Origin: Spirochaetia bacterium | GTDB taxonomy: Bacteria; Spirochaetota; Spirochaetia; SP-2023 | Assembly (NCBI GenBank): GCA_965263295.1 | Contig: OZ253665.1 | Span: 1,984,001 to 2,048,000 of the forward strand | Reading direction: 5' to 3' | DNA length: 64,000 nucleotides | Part shown: positions 17,326 through 27,118 of the stretch, piece after piece | Layout: every line of letters begins with the position of its first letter | Position numbering within the stretch: the stretch's first letter is position 1 | Notes under the pieces: generated by a model | Told to the model about the DNA's origin: nothing | The model's input: only the letters and a program-made list of their open reading frames with translations | Database searches by the model: none | Translations under genes and position numbers: made by a program

Positions 17326-20010
17326 TCAGTCATCCAAATCATAGTCAACAGCAGCCATCAAGTTGTAGATCCTCTCAGCGAAGCCTCCGTGCTCATCCGA
17401 GACCCGCACCCGCATCTGGTATTCACTTTCACCAATCGGAATGCTCAGATTAAAAGTCTGCTCCGATGACTTTATTTCCCATCTGCCGTACACCAATCTA
17501 TTCTCCCGATTATCCCACTGGGATTTCTCCCGATAATCCCACTGGTATTGAAAATCTTTATTTGGTTCTTCGTCGCGCACATTTACTTCAAACGAAACCA
17601 CTCCATATTTATTGGTGAAACCGGAATCATCATTAGTTCTACTGATTGGACTTCCACCCTGTAAAGGCACCTTAAAAGAAATCTGTGGCGCCACATTCAC
17701 AAATACATGCCGATGTTTCGTATCTTGCGCCCCCATGTCATCCGTCACCGTTACTGTTACCAGAACCTTGTGGGGGTCGCCCTCAATCTGCGTTTGCCCC
17801 TCTTTCAGCGGCGAGTACAAGGCCAAGCTTGCTTCCGGGCCTGTTTCGCCTTCCTGCTCCACACCATTGACCTCCCAGCGGTAGGTCAGCTTTCCGCCAT
17901 CTTCGTCATGGCCTTGAACAATGAAGGTCTGTGGCTCCGTGGCAGTATTTATATCCGCAAGCTGAAACCATTCATCCTCTGCAACCGTAGCATCCGCAAA
18001 CTCTAGCGTCGGCTTCACATTCACGTACAGCGTTCGAAATTTCTTCGAGCTCTCCCCCATGTCATCCGTCACCGTTACTTTTACCAGAACCTTGTGGGGG
18101 TTGCCCTCAATCTGCGTTTGCCCCTCTTTCAGCGGCGAGTACAAGGTCAGGTTGGCTTCCGGGCCTGTTTCGCCTTCCTGCTTCACACCATTGACCTCCC
18201 AGCGGTAGGTCAGCTTTCCGCCATCTTCGTCCTGAGCCAAAACTTTAAAGGCCTGCGGCTCCGTAGGATCATTCACGTCTTCAAGCTGCAACCATTTACC
18301 ATCTGCAACCGTGCCATCCAGAAAGTTAATCTCCGGCGCATCGTTAGGCTCCAAGGTCAACTGGTAAACCGCCTCGGCACTGCCGCCGTCCTCATCCTTA
18401 ACCGTCACCCGCACTTGATACGGATCCTCACTTGCTGCAAAACCCTTCGTTGCCAGCGTAAAAGCCTCTGTCTCCACGCCTCGCGTCCAGTCGCCAGCCC
18501 CAGGTGCCCGGGACTCCCACTGGTATCTAAAACCCTCACTTGATTCCTCGTCGCTCACAGTCACTGCAAAGTTGACAGTTTCGCCCGCCCTGGCCGTGCC
18601 AGAGTTCCCAGCCGTCGGCTGCGCAAAGCTCAGCTGCGGCTGCGCATTCAGCTGCACTTCCACGCCATCTGCCCCAGCGGATGCCGGCTGCGCCGCCTGG
18701 CCATGCTCATCCTGCGCCTCAACCTTAACCAAGTAGCGGCCCGCCCTTTCGCTAAACTCATACTCCAGGCCCGCTCCCTGACCTATTATATGGGACGATT
18801 CAGACCAGTCGCCATTGTCGTCTTGGTCGTCTTGGTCTTCTTGCGCATACAGATGCCAAGTGTAACTTAGCCCATCAGCTTCTCCATCAACCACGGCCTC
18901 AAATGTCATACTTGGCTTTTCACCACTAGCCAGCTGCAAAATCTGCGATCCCGACGGGTTGACAACCCGCAAGCCAGCTGGCGCCACCTTGAAATCAAAT
19001 TTTCGCTCGGCCGTCGCCCTACCATCGCGGTCATCGCTGACCTCAACTTTTACCGTCTTTATACCCGGATTTTCAGCTGTAAAAGTGAATTCCGCAGAAC
19101 CTCTGGTAGTTTCCTGCTTTTCCTCCTGCACTGCTCCATCCTCGTCGAGCAACTGCCACTCGTAGGTAAAGCTGCTCATCGATTCTACACCGCCTTCCGC
19201 AGAAACTACGACCGTCACATCCGAACCCACCGACACAGCGGTCGGCGCCGCATCAAGCGTGAGTGCGGCATCGCGCTCATCCTCGCCATTTGCGAATCCC
19301 GTCGTGCCAATCTCCCAGTATATCTTCGGATCGGCTACAGTGGCAGGACTTAAAGTTGCCCAAGGCTGTATCCGCATCGAGAATTTTTCCGGCAGCTCAA
19401 TGCTGGCCGTGGCCTGGAATTGCCCTTCGGCAGTTTGGGTAGCCAAGAAAGCCTCAACCACCACCTCTAATTCACCGGCGGAAATATCGGACCATTCAAC
19501 AGGCAAATAATCTTTCCAATCCTGAGGATCGAGGACAAAAAATTGTTTTTCACCCTCTACCGCCGTGATCTGATATTCAGTGGCATCGCCGCCATCATTG
19601 TAATTTTCACTCCGCTGCAGCCAGAAAGTTTCGGCAATTTCATCCGCAGTCTCAGCAGAATCTTCAGAGGCGCTTGCTTCAGCTTCTGAATTTTCGGCGG
19701 CTTCATCTGTCGCCTCACTGTCTGCCATTTTTTGGCGCAGACCCCAGCGCACGACCACATCAGCCCAAAAATCGGCCAGATCCTCCGTGCCCAGCTCGCT
19801 ATCTTCCAAGACGATGTACTCGTCTTTAATAAAGGAATCAATATAAAATTGAATTTCCCCGGTATCGTCAATTCTCTTTGAGTCCAGGTCAATTAATGTT
19901 TTGGGCCCAGAGTCCGAATCGGATGAATCATCCTCACAACCCCAAACAAACAGGGCCAAAAGCACAAGGCTGACGGCAAAGAGCCGTTTAAAAATTAGGT
20001 CAGATGACAT
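17326..20010 (-). CDS. Large acidic surface lipoprotein with tandem Ig-like/PKD-like domains (~894 aa)
   Basis: AAGGAGGA RBS before MSSDL; lipobox FVWGC; recurring [LF].Y.W...V.V.V.D..G pattern, about six times. Confidence 0.85.
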   Translation of the reverse strand: MSSDLIFKRLFAVSLVLLALFVWGCEDDSSDSDSGPKTLIDLDSKRIDDTGEIQFYIDSFIKDEYIVLEDSELGTEDLADFWADVVVRWGLRQKMADSEATDEAAENSEAEASASEDSAETADEIAETFWLQRSENYNDGGDATEYQITAVEGEKQFFVLDPQDWKDYLPVEWSDISAGELEVVVEAFLATQTAEGQFQATASIELPEKFSMRIQPWATLSPATVADPKIYWEIGTTGFANGEDERDAALTLDAAPTAVSVGSDVTVVVSAEGGVESMSSFTYEWQLLDEDGAVQEEKQETTRGSAEFTFTAENPGIKTVKVEVSDDRDGRATAERKFDFKVAPAGLRVVNPSGSQILQLASGEKPSMTFEAVVDGEADGLSYTWHLYAQEDQDDQDDNGDWSESSHIIGQGAGLEYEFSERAGRYLVKVEAQDEHGQAAQPASAGADGVEVQLNAQPQLSFAQPTAGNSGTARAGETVNFAVTVSDEESSEGFRYQWESRAPGAGDWTRGVETEAFTLATKGFAASEDPYQVRVTVKDEDGGSAEAVYQLTLEPNDAPEINFLDGTVADGKWLQLEDVNDPTEPQAFKVLAQDEDGGKLTYRWEVNGVKQEGETGPEANLTLYSPLKEGQTQIEGNPHKVLVKVTVTDDMGESSKKFRTLYVNVKPTLEFADATVAEDEWFQLADINTATEPQTFIVQGHDEDGGKLTYRWEVNGVEQEGETGPEASLALYSPLKEGQTQIEGDPHKVLVTVTVTDDMGAQDTKHRHVFVNVAPQISFKVPLQGGSPISRTNDDSGFTNKYGVVSFEVNVRDEEPNKDFQYQWDYREKSQWDNRENRLVYGRWEIKSSEQTFNLSIPIGESEYQMRVRVSDEHGGFAERIYNLMAAVDYDLDD
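17732..18231. repeat. Near-identical 176-bp internal duplication, period 324 bp (108 aa)
   Basis: 17732-17907 vs 18056-18231; seven mismatches by manual alignment. Confidence 0.92.
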
Positions 20011-20211
20011 ATCTGTATCCTCCTTATAAAAAGAATGTGGGCTACAAATTTTAAATGAGGAACGATATGAAATAGAAAATAATAATATTGGTTCGCAGGC
20101 ACGGGCAAACTTGCCAATAGAAGCGCCTACAACAGCTCTAGTATATTGCCCAAAACCAACTTTGACAAGTATTTTCAAATATTTCACAAAACATTTACAG
20201 GAATTTTGCGC

Positions 20212-20559
20212 CTAAATTTTCAGTCCTTGACTTTTCAGTTCTTGGTAAGCCGTGATTCCACCGGCCATATTCCACAGTTTTTTAAACCCTTGGCCAGCCA
20301 GGAACTGAGCCGCTTTCATGGAACGCCCACCGCTCTTGCATTGCAAGATCAGTCCCGTTTCCTGGTATGGAAGTAACGACACCCATTTACCGTCGAGAAT
20401 CTCTGCCAGCTCCAGATGCATACTGCCAGGAATTGAGGACTCTGTATATTCATCGGAACGCCGAACGTCCAAAAGTATAATCTCCGGATACTGCTCTAAG
20501 AGCTCCAAACATTCCTGAACGGACAAACTGACAATTTTTGTGTCCTCAGGGAAAAACAT
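20212..20559 (-). CDS. Rhodanese-domain protein
   Basis: LLDVR..EY...IPGS, active-site CKSGGRS, MAGGI. Confidence 0.92.
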   Translation of the reverse strand: MFFPEDTKIVSLSVQECLELLEQYPEIILLDVRRSDEYTESSIPGSMHLELAEILDGKWVSLLPYQETGLILQCKSGGRSMKAAQFLAGQGFKKLWNMAGGITAYQELKSQGLKI

Positions 20560-20566
20560 GTTGCCC

Positions 20567-21427
20567 CTACTCTTCCACGTTAAGCCACTTGCGAATCAGG
20601 TGGCTCAGCCCTTTATTGTCGCGGGCTTCTTCGCGCTCCAGACGGCTGACAATATTTCGCACACAAGCTGTAACTTTCGCCTTGGGGTCCATTACGTAAA
20701 AAGGCCGCTGGCGACGAACGGCTTGCTGTATCAATGGATCATTGAACACAAAACCCAAGTAGTCAACTTTCATATTTAAGAATTGAGTCGAAATATTTGC
20801 CAGGCGCTGGGCCACACCCCGCCCCTCGGAGACAGAGTTGACCTGATTGACAATAAGCTGTACTTGAGCCCGCTCTTTTTGCACTTCAGTTGCAATAATC
20901 TTAATCATCCCATAGGCATCGGTAATGGCCGTGGGTTCGGGAGTCGTAATCACCAGAATATCATCAGCTATGTCGATAAAATCGACAACGCTGCTATTAA
21001 TACCTGCCGCGGTATCAATAATGATAATATCGGCAAAGCTCAAACTAACCAGACCCTTCAGGAAAGGTTCCCGTTCATCCGCACTCAAATTCGCAATCTG
21101 CGAGAAGCCAGAGGCTCCAGCAACCAAGTAGATTCCATACTGAGTCTTGAGCAAGATCTCTTCCATGGTCTTCTGGCGCCGAATCACATGATAGAGGTTA
21201 TACTTGGGGACAACATTCAGTATAACATTGACATTGGCCAAACCTAGGTCGGCATCAAATACGACTACTTTCTTACCTCTTTCAGCATAAGCAATTGCAA
21301 GATTAGTAGAAATATTGGTCTTACCTACACCACCTTTGCCACTCGTAACAGTAATCACACGGGTTTTGCCATGCTCGCTCTCACGCCTTACTAATTCACG
21401 TAGCGTTTCTGCCTGATCTTGCGCCAT
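20567..21427 (-). CDS. flhG: Flagellar number regulator FlhG (MinD-like ATPase)
   Basis: DQAETLR, SGKGGVGKT, DADLGLAN, TPEPTAITDAY. Confidence 0.95.
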   Translation of the reverse strand: MAQDQAETLRELVRRESEHGKTRVITVTSGKGGVGKTNISTNLAIAYAERGKKVVVFDADLGLANVNVILNVVPKYNLYHVIRRQKTMEEILLKTQYGIYLVAGASGFSQIANLSADEREPFLKGLVSLSFADIIIIDTAAGINSSVVDFIDIADDILVITTPEPTAITDAYGMIKIIATEVQKERAQVQLIVNQVNSVSEGRGVAQRLANISTQFLNMKVDYLGFVFNDPLIQQAVRRQRPFYVMDPKAKVTACVRNIVSRLEREEARDNKGLSHLIRKWLNVEE

Positions 21428-21537
21428 TCTAATTAATCGCCTACAACCTCGCCAGGTATAACCATTATCGTAAAGCCACCCAACCCTATAAAATATTCTG
21501 CCATACTCTACCAGAAATTAGCGTTTTCTTGCATAGC

Positions 21538-23616
21538 TCAAAGTATGCTTTCTTCCAATTTTTGTGCGAAGCTTTGCCAGTTGACCTGCACGTCCGAGAG
21601 TTGCTGGAACAACAGCAAAGCCGATGCCTGCCTGATGTCCTGAGGCACCTTCTGACCCGTTGTCACATACGACACAGGGATATCCTCTTGCAAAAAGCTT
21701 GCCAAAGTGCCTCCAATACGCCCCAGCTCGTCCAGTTTTGTCAATATCACGGAGCGGAAACCAAAAGGCTTGAATTGCGTGATAATTTCCTTCATGGCAC
21801 TGACCCCAGAAGTAGAACTCATAGCCAAGTGAATCTCGCAATTGCCGCTGTACTCCAGGAAACGGCGCATTTCCGCCAGCTTCATATGATCGCTGGGGCT
21901 GCGCCCCATAGTATCAATTAAGATTATATCAGACTCTTGGTCCTGGGCAATACAAGTTGCCAGTCCTTCAGTCGTTTCCACACAATCCACGCGGGCACCA
22001 AGTATTTCGCCATACGTGCGAATCTGATCCTGCGCGCCAATGCGATAATTGTCCAAAGTGACCAAATGCACTTTTTTGCTGCCGCCCATTGCTTCGACAC
22101 ATTGTCTCGCCGCCAGCTTTGCGATTGTCGTCGTCTTGCCCACACCCGTGGGGCCGACCAAGACCATAATCCTGGCATGCCCTTGATTCTCGACATCAAT
22201 AAAGCGCATATTCTCGGCAATATGCAATAAAACATACTCCCACAATACTTCTAGCTTTTCCAACTCTTCAAGCGGGAGCTCTCGCTTCATTTGACTCACC
22301 AGCCGATCGACAAAAAAAGGTGGAAACTCATTATGATACATATTTTCACGCAGCTGCACCAAACTGTTCGGTTCAACCAAGCTACCGCGCCTGTCGAGCT
22401 TCCGTTCTAAATTCTCTAAACGCCGCAGAAAAGTGGCTTCAATTTGCTCCATATGATAATGGTTATTGGAATCAATTGAATGATTTACGCCTGCCTGCCT
22501 CCGCCCGCTAGCATAATTTCCAGGGCGCTCTCCATACCCTACTCTCTCCCCAAAACCCGGACCAGAATGAGATGAGTTGTGGGCGGAATCACCCCTCCAG
22601 GATTGCGGACCTGAAGGTGAAGCTGGAGGTGAATGGGTAAATCGCTCTCGGTGTCCTTGCCCTTGATCTCTACTGCCCGCCCCTTGTCCCCGGTAGTAGT
22701 TCGGAGGCCAAAGTGGACTCGCTCCCTGGGATTGTCCCGGACTTGCCGAACCGGTTCGCATTCCGTACTGGGCCGGACCGGGCTGCGGACCCCAGGAGTC
22801 TGAGCGCCCATTGCTTTGGGGAGCTCCGGTGTTTACATTTTTGCTATCATACAACATATTGTCCCCAGCCTCTCCCGGCACAAAACCAGCCTGCACTTGC
22901 AACATGTCAGGGCTTCTCGCAGCCGAAGATGCGGACAAGACATCGTAATTGACGCTGGCGTACTCCGGCTCTTCCGCAGGGGCAGAAAAGCCGACGGGAT
23001 CATAAACGGGCGCAAAGCCATTTTCATTTCCCTCTTTCTGTGGTGATACCGCCTGCGGCTTGGCGCCAGGCGAATGAGGAGACGAATGAAGAAGCGGAGC
23101 ATCCTGTCGGGGAAGCTTTTCTTGTTCCGACGCATTCAACACCAGTTTCTTCTCTTGCAGCAGACGCTGAACCTCTTTATTTTTAGCGAATCGCGCCAAA
23201 ATTTCTTCGCGACTGCGCCGGTCGCGCTCTGCCTGAGCCCGTTCAGAAACCGGATAATATTCAGCTTCCCCTTCTGAAATATCGGGGAGCGCTTCCTTCA
23301 AGGACCCTTTTTTTCCTTTATTCCAGGCCCCTGGCTCTGTACCCATCACGCTTTCCGACTTACTCAGATTTCCGCCCATATGTTGAGAAACTTGCGCACT
23401 GACATCCTTGTTACGATTGAGGCGATTTCCTGTCACAAAAGCAGATTTTTCCAAGATGTAACCAAAGTATTCGACACCTGTACGCCGACCGACGCCAAAT
23501 ATTCCGCCCAGTTTTACCGTTTTACGCGACATAATTTGATAATTGTCGCCAAACTTTGCATTCAGCGCTTCAATAACTTCGTGATCGCTCTTACCCTGTT
23601 CACGGAAATAGCGCAT
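21538..23616 (-). CDS. flhF: SRP-type GTPase FlhF with very long low-complexity linker
   Basis: GPTGVGKTTTIAKLAA, DNYRIGA, DTMGRS, TKLDE, GQKVPQD. Confidence 0.95.
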   Translation of the reverse strand: MRYFREQGKSDHEVIEALNAKFGDNYQIMSRKTVKLGGIFGVGRRTGVEYFGYILEKSAFVTGNRLNRNKDVSAQVSQHMGGNLSKSESVMGTEPGAWNKGKKGSLKEALPDISEGEAEYYPVSERAQAERDRRSREEILARFAKNKEVQRLLQEKKLVLNASEQEKLPRQDAPLLHSSPHSPGAKPQAVSPQKEGNENGFAPVYDPVGFSAPAEEPEYASVNYDVLSASSAARSPDMLQVQAGFVPGEAGDNMLYDSKNVNTGAPQSNGRSDSWGPQPGPAQYGMRTGSASPGQSQGASPLWPPNYYRGQGAGSRDQGQGHRERFTHSPPASPSGPQSWRGDSAHNSSHSGPGFGERVGYGERPGNYASGRRQAGVNHSIDSNNHYHMEQIEATFLRRLENLERKLDRRGSLVEPNSLVQLRENMYHNEFPPFFVDRLVSQMKRELPLEELEKLEVLWEYVLLHIAENMRFIDVENQGHARIMVLVGPTGVGKTTTIAKLAARQCVEAMGGSKKVHLVTLDNYRIGAQDQIRTYGEILGARVDCVETTEGLATCIAQDQESDIILIDTMGRSPSDHMKLAEMRRFLEYSGNCEIHLAMSSTSGVSAMKEIITQFKPFGFRSVILTKLDELGRIGGTLASFLQEDIPVSYVTTGQKVPQDIRQASALLLFQQLSDVQVNWQSFAQKLEESIL

Positions 23617-23825
23617 GAATGCTCCTTTGAAATTTATCCACTAATTCACGATTAAGCCAAAATTAAGTCGAGAGAAGGACTCTTGCTTTCCATCTGACCA
23701 ACGCAAGCATCTTAATAATAGACCAAACTATAGATTTGGGCCGACAAAAATTGTATTATATACAAAACAGGCTGTAAATATAACATTTGCCCTTTAGCTA
23801 GGCAAGGCAGAATTTCCACAATTAT

Positions 23826-25946
23826 TTAACTCACAGCCGCCTGACCCAACCCGGAACCCGCGACAGAGCCAAATGGCACGCGGGCAATAACCTCCAGCTT
23901 TACTTCCCGTACGACTTCCAAAGTTGAAAGCACGGCTACGTCTACTCCTTCGCGCTCGCACAAGCTGCGCACCAGAACGCGCGCAGCTTCACTGCATAAA
24001 ATGATTGGCAGGAAACCTCTATTTTGGACATCGACAAGCACCTGGGAAAATTCCTGTGTCCACAGTTCCTGCAACTGAGGTTCCAAGGCCGCCACCGGCC
24101 CTGTCGCGGTGTCTAAGCGCGCCTGTATAATATGATTCTCCCATTCCGGGGCAAGCGTAGTCACCTGCAACGTTTTGTCATCACCGCCATATTGTAACGA
24201 AATCTGGCGGCCCAGAGCCTGACGAATTTTTTCTGTGATGTAGGCCAGATCTTTGGTCACGCCGGCGAAGTCGCCAACAGTTTCGAGTATATTGACCAAA
24301 TTGCGTACAGAAACCTGCTCGTGCAATAAATTCTGCAAGATCTTCTGAATTTCACCGACGCTAAAATCCTTTCGAGCTTCTTCAACTACAACGGCAAAGT
24401 TTTCTTTCAGCGATTCCAACATTGCCTGTACATCCTGGCGCCCCAAAATTTGCGCCGCATTGCGACGAACCAGCTCGCTCAAGTGTGTCGCCATGATTGA
24501 AGGGGGATCGACCACCGTATAGCCAAAGCGTTCGGCCTGTTCGCGCTGCTCGGCCGAAATCCAGACCGCATTCAGGCCAAATGCCGGATCAATCGTCGGC
24601 ATGCCTTCAATTACGCCTTCTTCGGCGCCGCCGGGGTTAATGGCCATCAAACTGCCCATCTGGATAGAGCCGCGTCCAATCTCGACACCGCGGAGCTTAA
24701 TCAGGTAGCAACTCGACTCCAAACGAATATTGTCGATAATGCGAATTTTCGGCACGACGATACCCAGCTCCAAAGCCGTTTCGCGGCGGATATTGGTAAT
24801 GCGATCGAGCAGCTCAGCCCCCCGCTCCTGATCCACCAAAGGAATCAAGCCATATCCCATCTCAATCAACAAGGCGTCCAATGGCACGACCGGTGCCAGA
24901 TCGCGGTCGTTGGGTTGCTCTTCCGCCTCGGCCTGGCTCTTGGCCGCAACTTCATCTTCTTTACGTTTTTTTTCCAAGTGATAACCTAAAAACACTGAAG
25001 CCGCAGCCAGGGCCAACAACATCAACCAGGGGAAACCAGGAACAAAAGCCAGGAGCAGGAGAAAGGCACCACCGATATAATAGACATACGGTTGCATGCT
25101 GAACTGACTTTTCGTCTCGGAACCGAAACTGGCTTCAGAGCCGGACCGAGTCACGACCAGACCAGTCGCAATTGAGACGACAAGAGTGGGAATTTGCGAC
25201 ACCAGGCCGTCACCAATCGTCAGCTGAGAGTAGATGCTAAGAGATTGCAGCAAGCTCTCACCTCGCATGCCCCCCATAATCAAGCCACCGATAATATTGG
25301 TCAAGGTAATTAATATTCCGGCCTTTACACTCCCTGAAATAAATTTAGAAGCACCGTCCATACGGCCATAAAAGTCCGAAGTCTGCTCCAGGTCACGGCG
25401 TCGCTTGCGCGCCTCCTCTTCGGTGATGGCCCCCGAGCCAAACTCGGCATCAATGGCCATCTGTTTACCCGGCATGGCATCCAGGGCAAACCGGGCCGCC
25501 ACCTCCGAAATACGCGAAGAGCCTTTAGTGATCACCAAAAACTGTACGATAACTATGATAATGAAAATAATCAGACCAGTTACCAGGCCATTTGTACCTT
25601 CACTGCCGACAACAAAACGGGCAAAAGCCCAGACAACCTGTCCGCCAAAGCTGGGCCCTTGAGTCAAAATCAAACGCGTCGAAGCCACATTCAACATCAG
25701 TCCGAACACCGTACTGACCAATAATATCGAGGGAAAGATTGAAAACTCAAGCGGGTCGCGCACATACAGCACCATCAGGATCATAAACAAGCTGATCGCC
25801 AAATTAAGGATCATCAGGAAGTCCAGCAAAGGGCTGGGGATCGGCACAATAAAAATCAGGATGACGGAGACGACGCCAATGGCCACGGCAATATCGGCAC
25901 CGCGATCCCCAAACAACCTGCGCGTCAAGTCTAGCAAAATCGTCAT
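23826..25946 (-). CDS. flhA: Flagellar export protein FlhA
   Basis: LNVASTRLIL, EVAARFALDAMPGKQMAIDA, GDGLVSQIP; ATG overlaps the flhB TGA. Confidence 0.97.
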   Translation of the reverse strand: MTILLDLTRRLFGDRGADIAVAIGVVSVILIFIVPIPSPLLDFLMILNLAISLFMILMVLYVRDPLEFSIFPSILLVSTVFGLMLNVASTRLILTQGPSFGGQVVWAFARFVVGSEGTNGLVTGLIIFIIIVIVQFLVITKGSSRISEVAARFALDAMPGKQMAIDAEFGSGAITEEEARKRRRDLEQTSDFYGRMDGASKFISGSVKAGILITLTNIIGGLIMGGMRGESLLQSLSIYSQLTIGDGLVSQIPTLVVSIATGLVVTRSGSEASFGSETKSQFSMQPYVYYIGGAFLLLLAFVPGFPWLMLLALAAASVFLGYHLEKKRKEDEVAAKSQAEAEEQPNDRDLAPVVPLDALLIEMGYGLIPLVDQERGAELLDRITNIRRETALELGIVVPKIRIIDNIRLESSCYLIKLRGVEIGRGSIQMGSLMAINPGGAEEGVIEGMPTIDPAFGLNAVWISAEQREQAERFGYTVVDPPSIMATHLSELVRRNAAQILGRQDVQAMLESLKENFAVVVEEARKDFSVGEIQKILQNLLHEQVSVRNLVNILETVGDFAGVTKDLAYITEKIRQALGRQISLQYGGDDKTLQVTTLAPEWENHIIQARLDTATGPVAALEPQLQELWTQEFSQVLVDVQNRGFLPIILCSEAARVLVRSLCEREGVDVAVLSTLEVVREVKLEVIARVPFGSVAGSGLGQAAVS

Positions 25947-27118
25947 AAGGTCCTCCCTTTCATCCGGTAAACTTCCGCCAAAATGCGAGATACCACTTCC
26001 CAATAACGCTCCGGTATAATTTCTCCCACCTCGACATTGTCGTAGAGGCCCCGGGCCAAAGGCTTATTCTCCATAATCGGAACATTATTTTCCCGCGCTA
26101 TGCGGCGAATGCGAAAGGCGACCTCGTCGGCACCTTTAGCACTAAGCATCGGGGCCTCCATGCTGTTGCGATCCCACTGCAAGGCGACGGCAAAGTGAGT
26201 CGGGTTTGTCACGACCACATCGGCCTGCGGCACACTTTTGCCCAAATTCACCTTCAATAACTCACGCATTCTACGGCGTATCTGCGAACGCAACAAGGGG
26301 TCCCCTTCGGTTTGTTTCAGTTCATCCTTAAGTTCATGTTTGGTCATTTTTAGGGAATCGAGATATTGGCGTCGTTGAAAAATGTAATCCAGAATAGCGA
26401 CAACCAGAAACATCACGCTGGCCACCAATAAAATCTTAAATACGAGAAACCCCATATAGCCGATCGCATCTTCAGCGCTGCGCGAATGCAACAGAAGTAA
26501 CAACTTGGGAAACTCCGGATACACCAGGACAAAGATACCCAACATCACCACGCTGATCTTGCCCAAGATCTTCCCCAGGTTGAACAGGCCTTCGGGCCAG
26601 CCAAACGAGCGCATGAACCACTTGCCGAAGTTCGGGGCAATTTTTTTGAAATCTGGCTGTATGGGTTTGGCCGAAAAACGCAGCCCGCCGGTCTGTAACA
26701 GGTTTGCCAGCACGGCGCCAGTAGCTACGGCAAACATTAGAGGCAGCGTCAAACTGATAAAAAAACGTAGCGCGCCATACCAGATAACCTGCTCACGCAA
26801 GGAGCCCAGCTCGTGCGAAAAATAAAAACGCAGCACAGTCAGGAAGCGGGTCAGGCTGTGAGAACTCAAAAAACCCAGGGCAATGACCCCCAACAACATG
26901 GTAATCGCCCCCGTCAGGTCCGCGGATTTGGCAAAACGCCCCTCTTCCTGCGCCTTGCGAATTTTAGTGTCAGTCGGATCCTCGGTTCGCCCCTCATCCT
27001 CGGCGGCAAACCAGCGCAAATGCATGCCGGCCAAGGCTTCGACATGCCCTCTCTCTGCGCCGACGGCGACATGTCGCGCCAGGCAGTCCGCAAATTTTTT
27101 TTCCGCATTTACACTCAA
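25943..27118 (-). CDS. flhB: Flagellar export switch protein FlhB with N-terminal extension
   Basis: RTEDPT, EGDP, autocleavage motif NPTH, PLARGLY. Confidence 0.97.
   Translation of the reverse strand: MSVNAEKKFADCLARHVAVGAERGHVEALAGMHLRWFAAEDEGRTEDPTDTKIRKAQEEGRFAKSADLTGAITMLLGVIALGFLSSHSLTRFLTVLRFYFSHELGSLREQVIWYGALRFFISLTLPLMFAVATGAVLANLLQTGGLRFSAKPIQPDFKKIAPNFGKWFMRSFGWPEGLFNLGKILGKISVVMLGIFVLVYPEFPKLLLLLHSRSAEDAIGYMGFLVFKILLVASVMFLVVAILDYIFQRRQYLDSLKMTKHELKDELKQTEGDPLLRSQIRRRMRELLKVNLGKSVPQADVVVTNPTHFAVALQWDRNSMEAPMLSAKGADEVAFRIRRIARENNVPIMENKPLARGLYDNVEVGEIIPERYWEVVSRILAEVYRMKGRTL

Noticed and set aside
17732..18231. DGR template/variable repeat pair (five of seven mismatches are at coding-strand A of one copy)
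   Set aside because: Both copies are in-frame domains of one CDS, two mismatches are not at A, and there is no reverse transcriptase in the window.
20011..20187. N-terminal 59 aa of the 953-aa ORF
   Set aside because: Strong RBS and a lipoprotein signal point to ATG 20010; the upstream part is AT-rich intergenic sequence.
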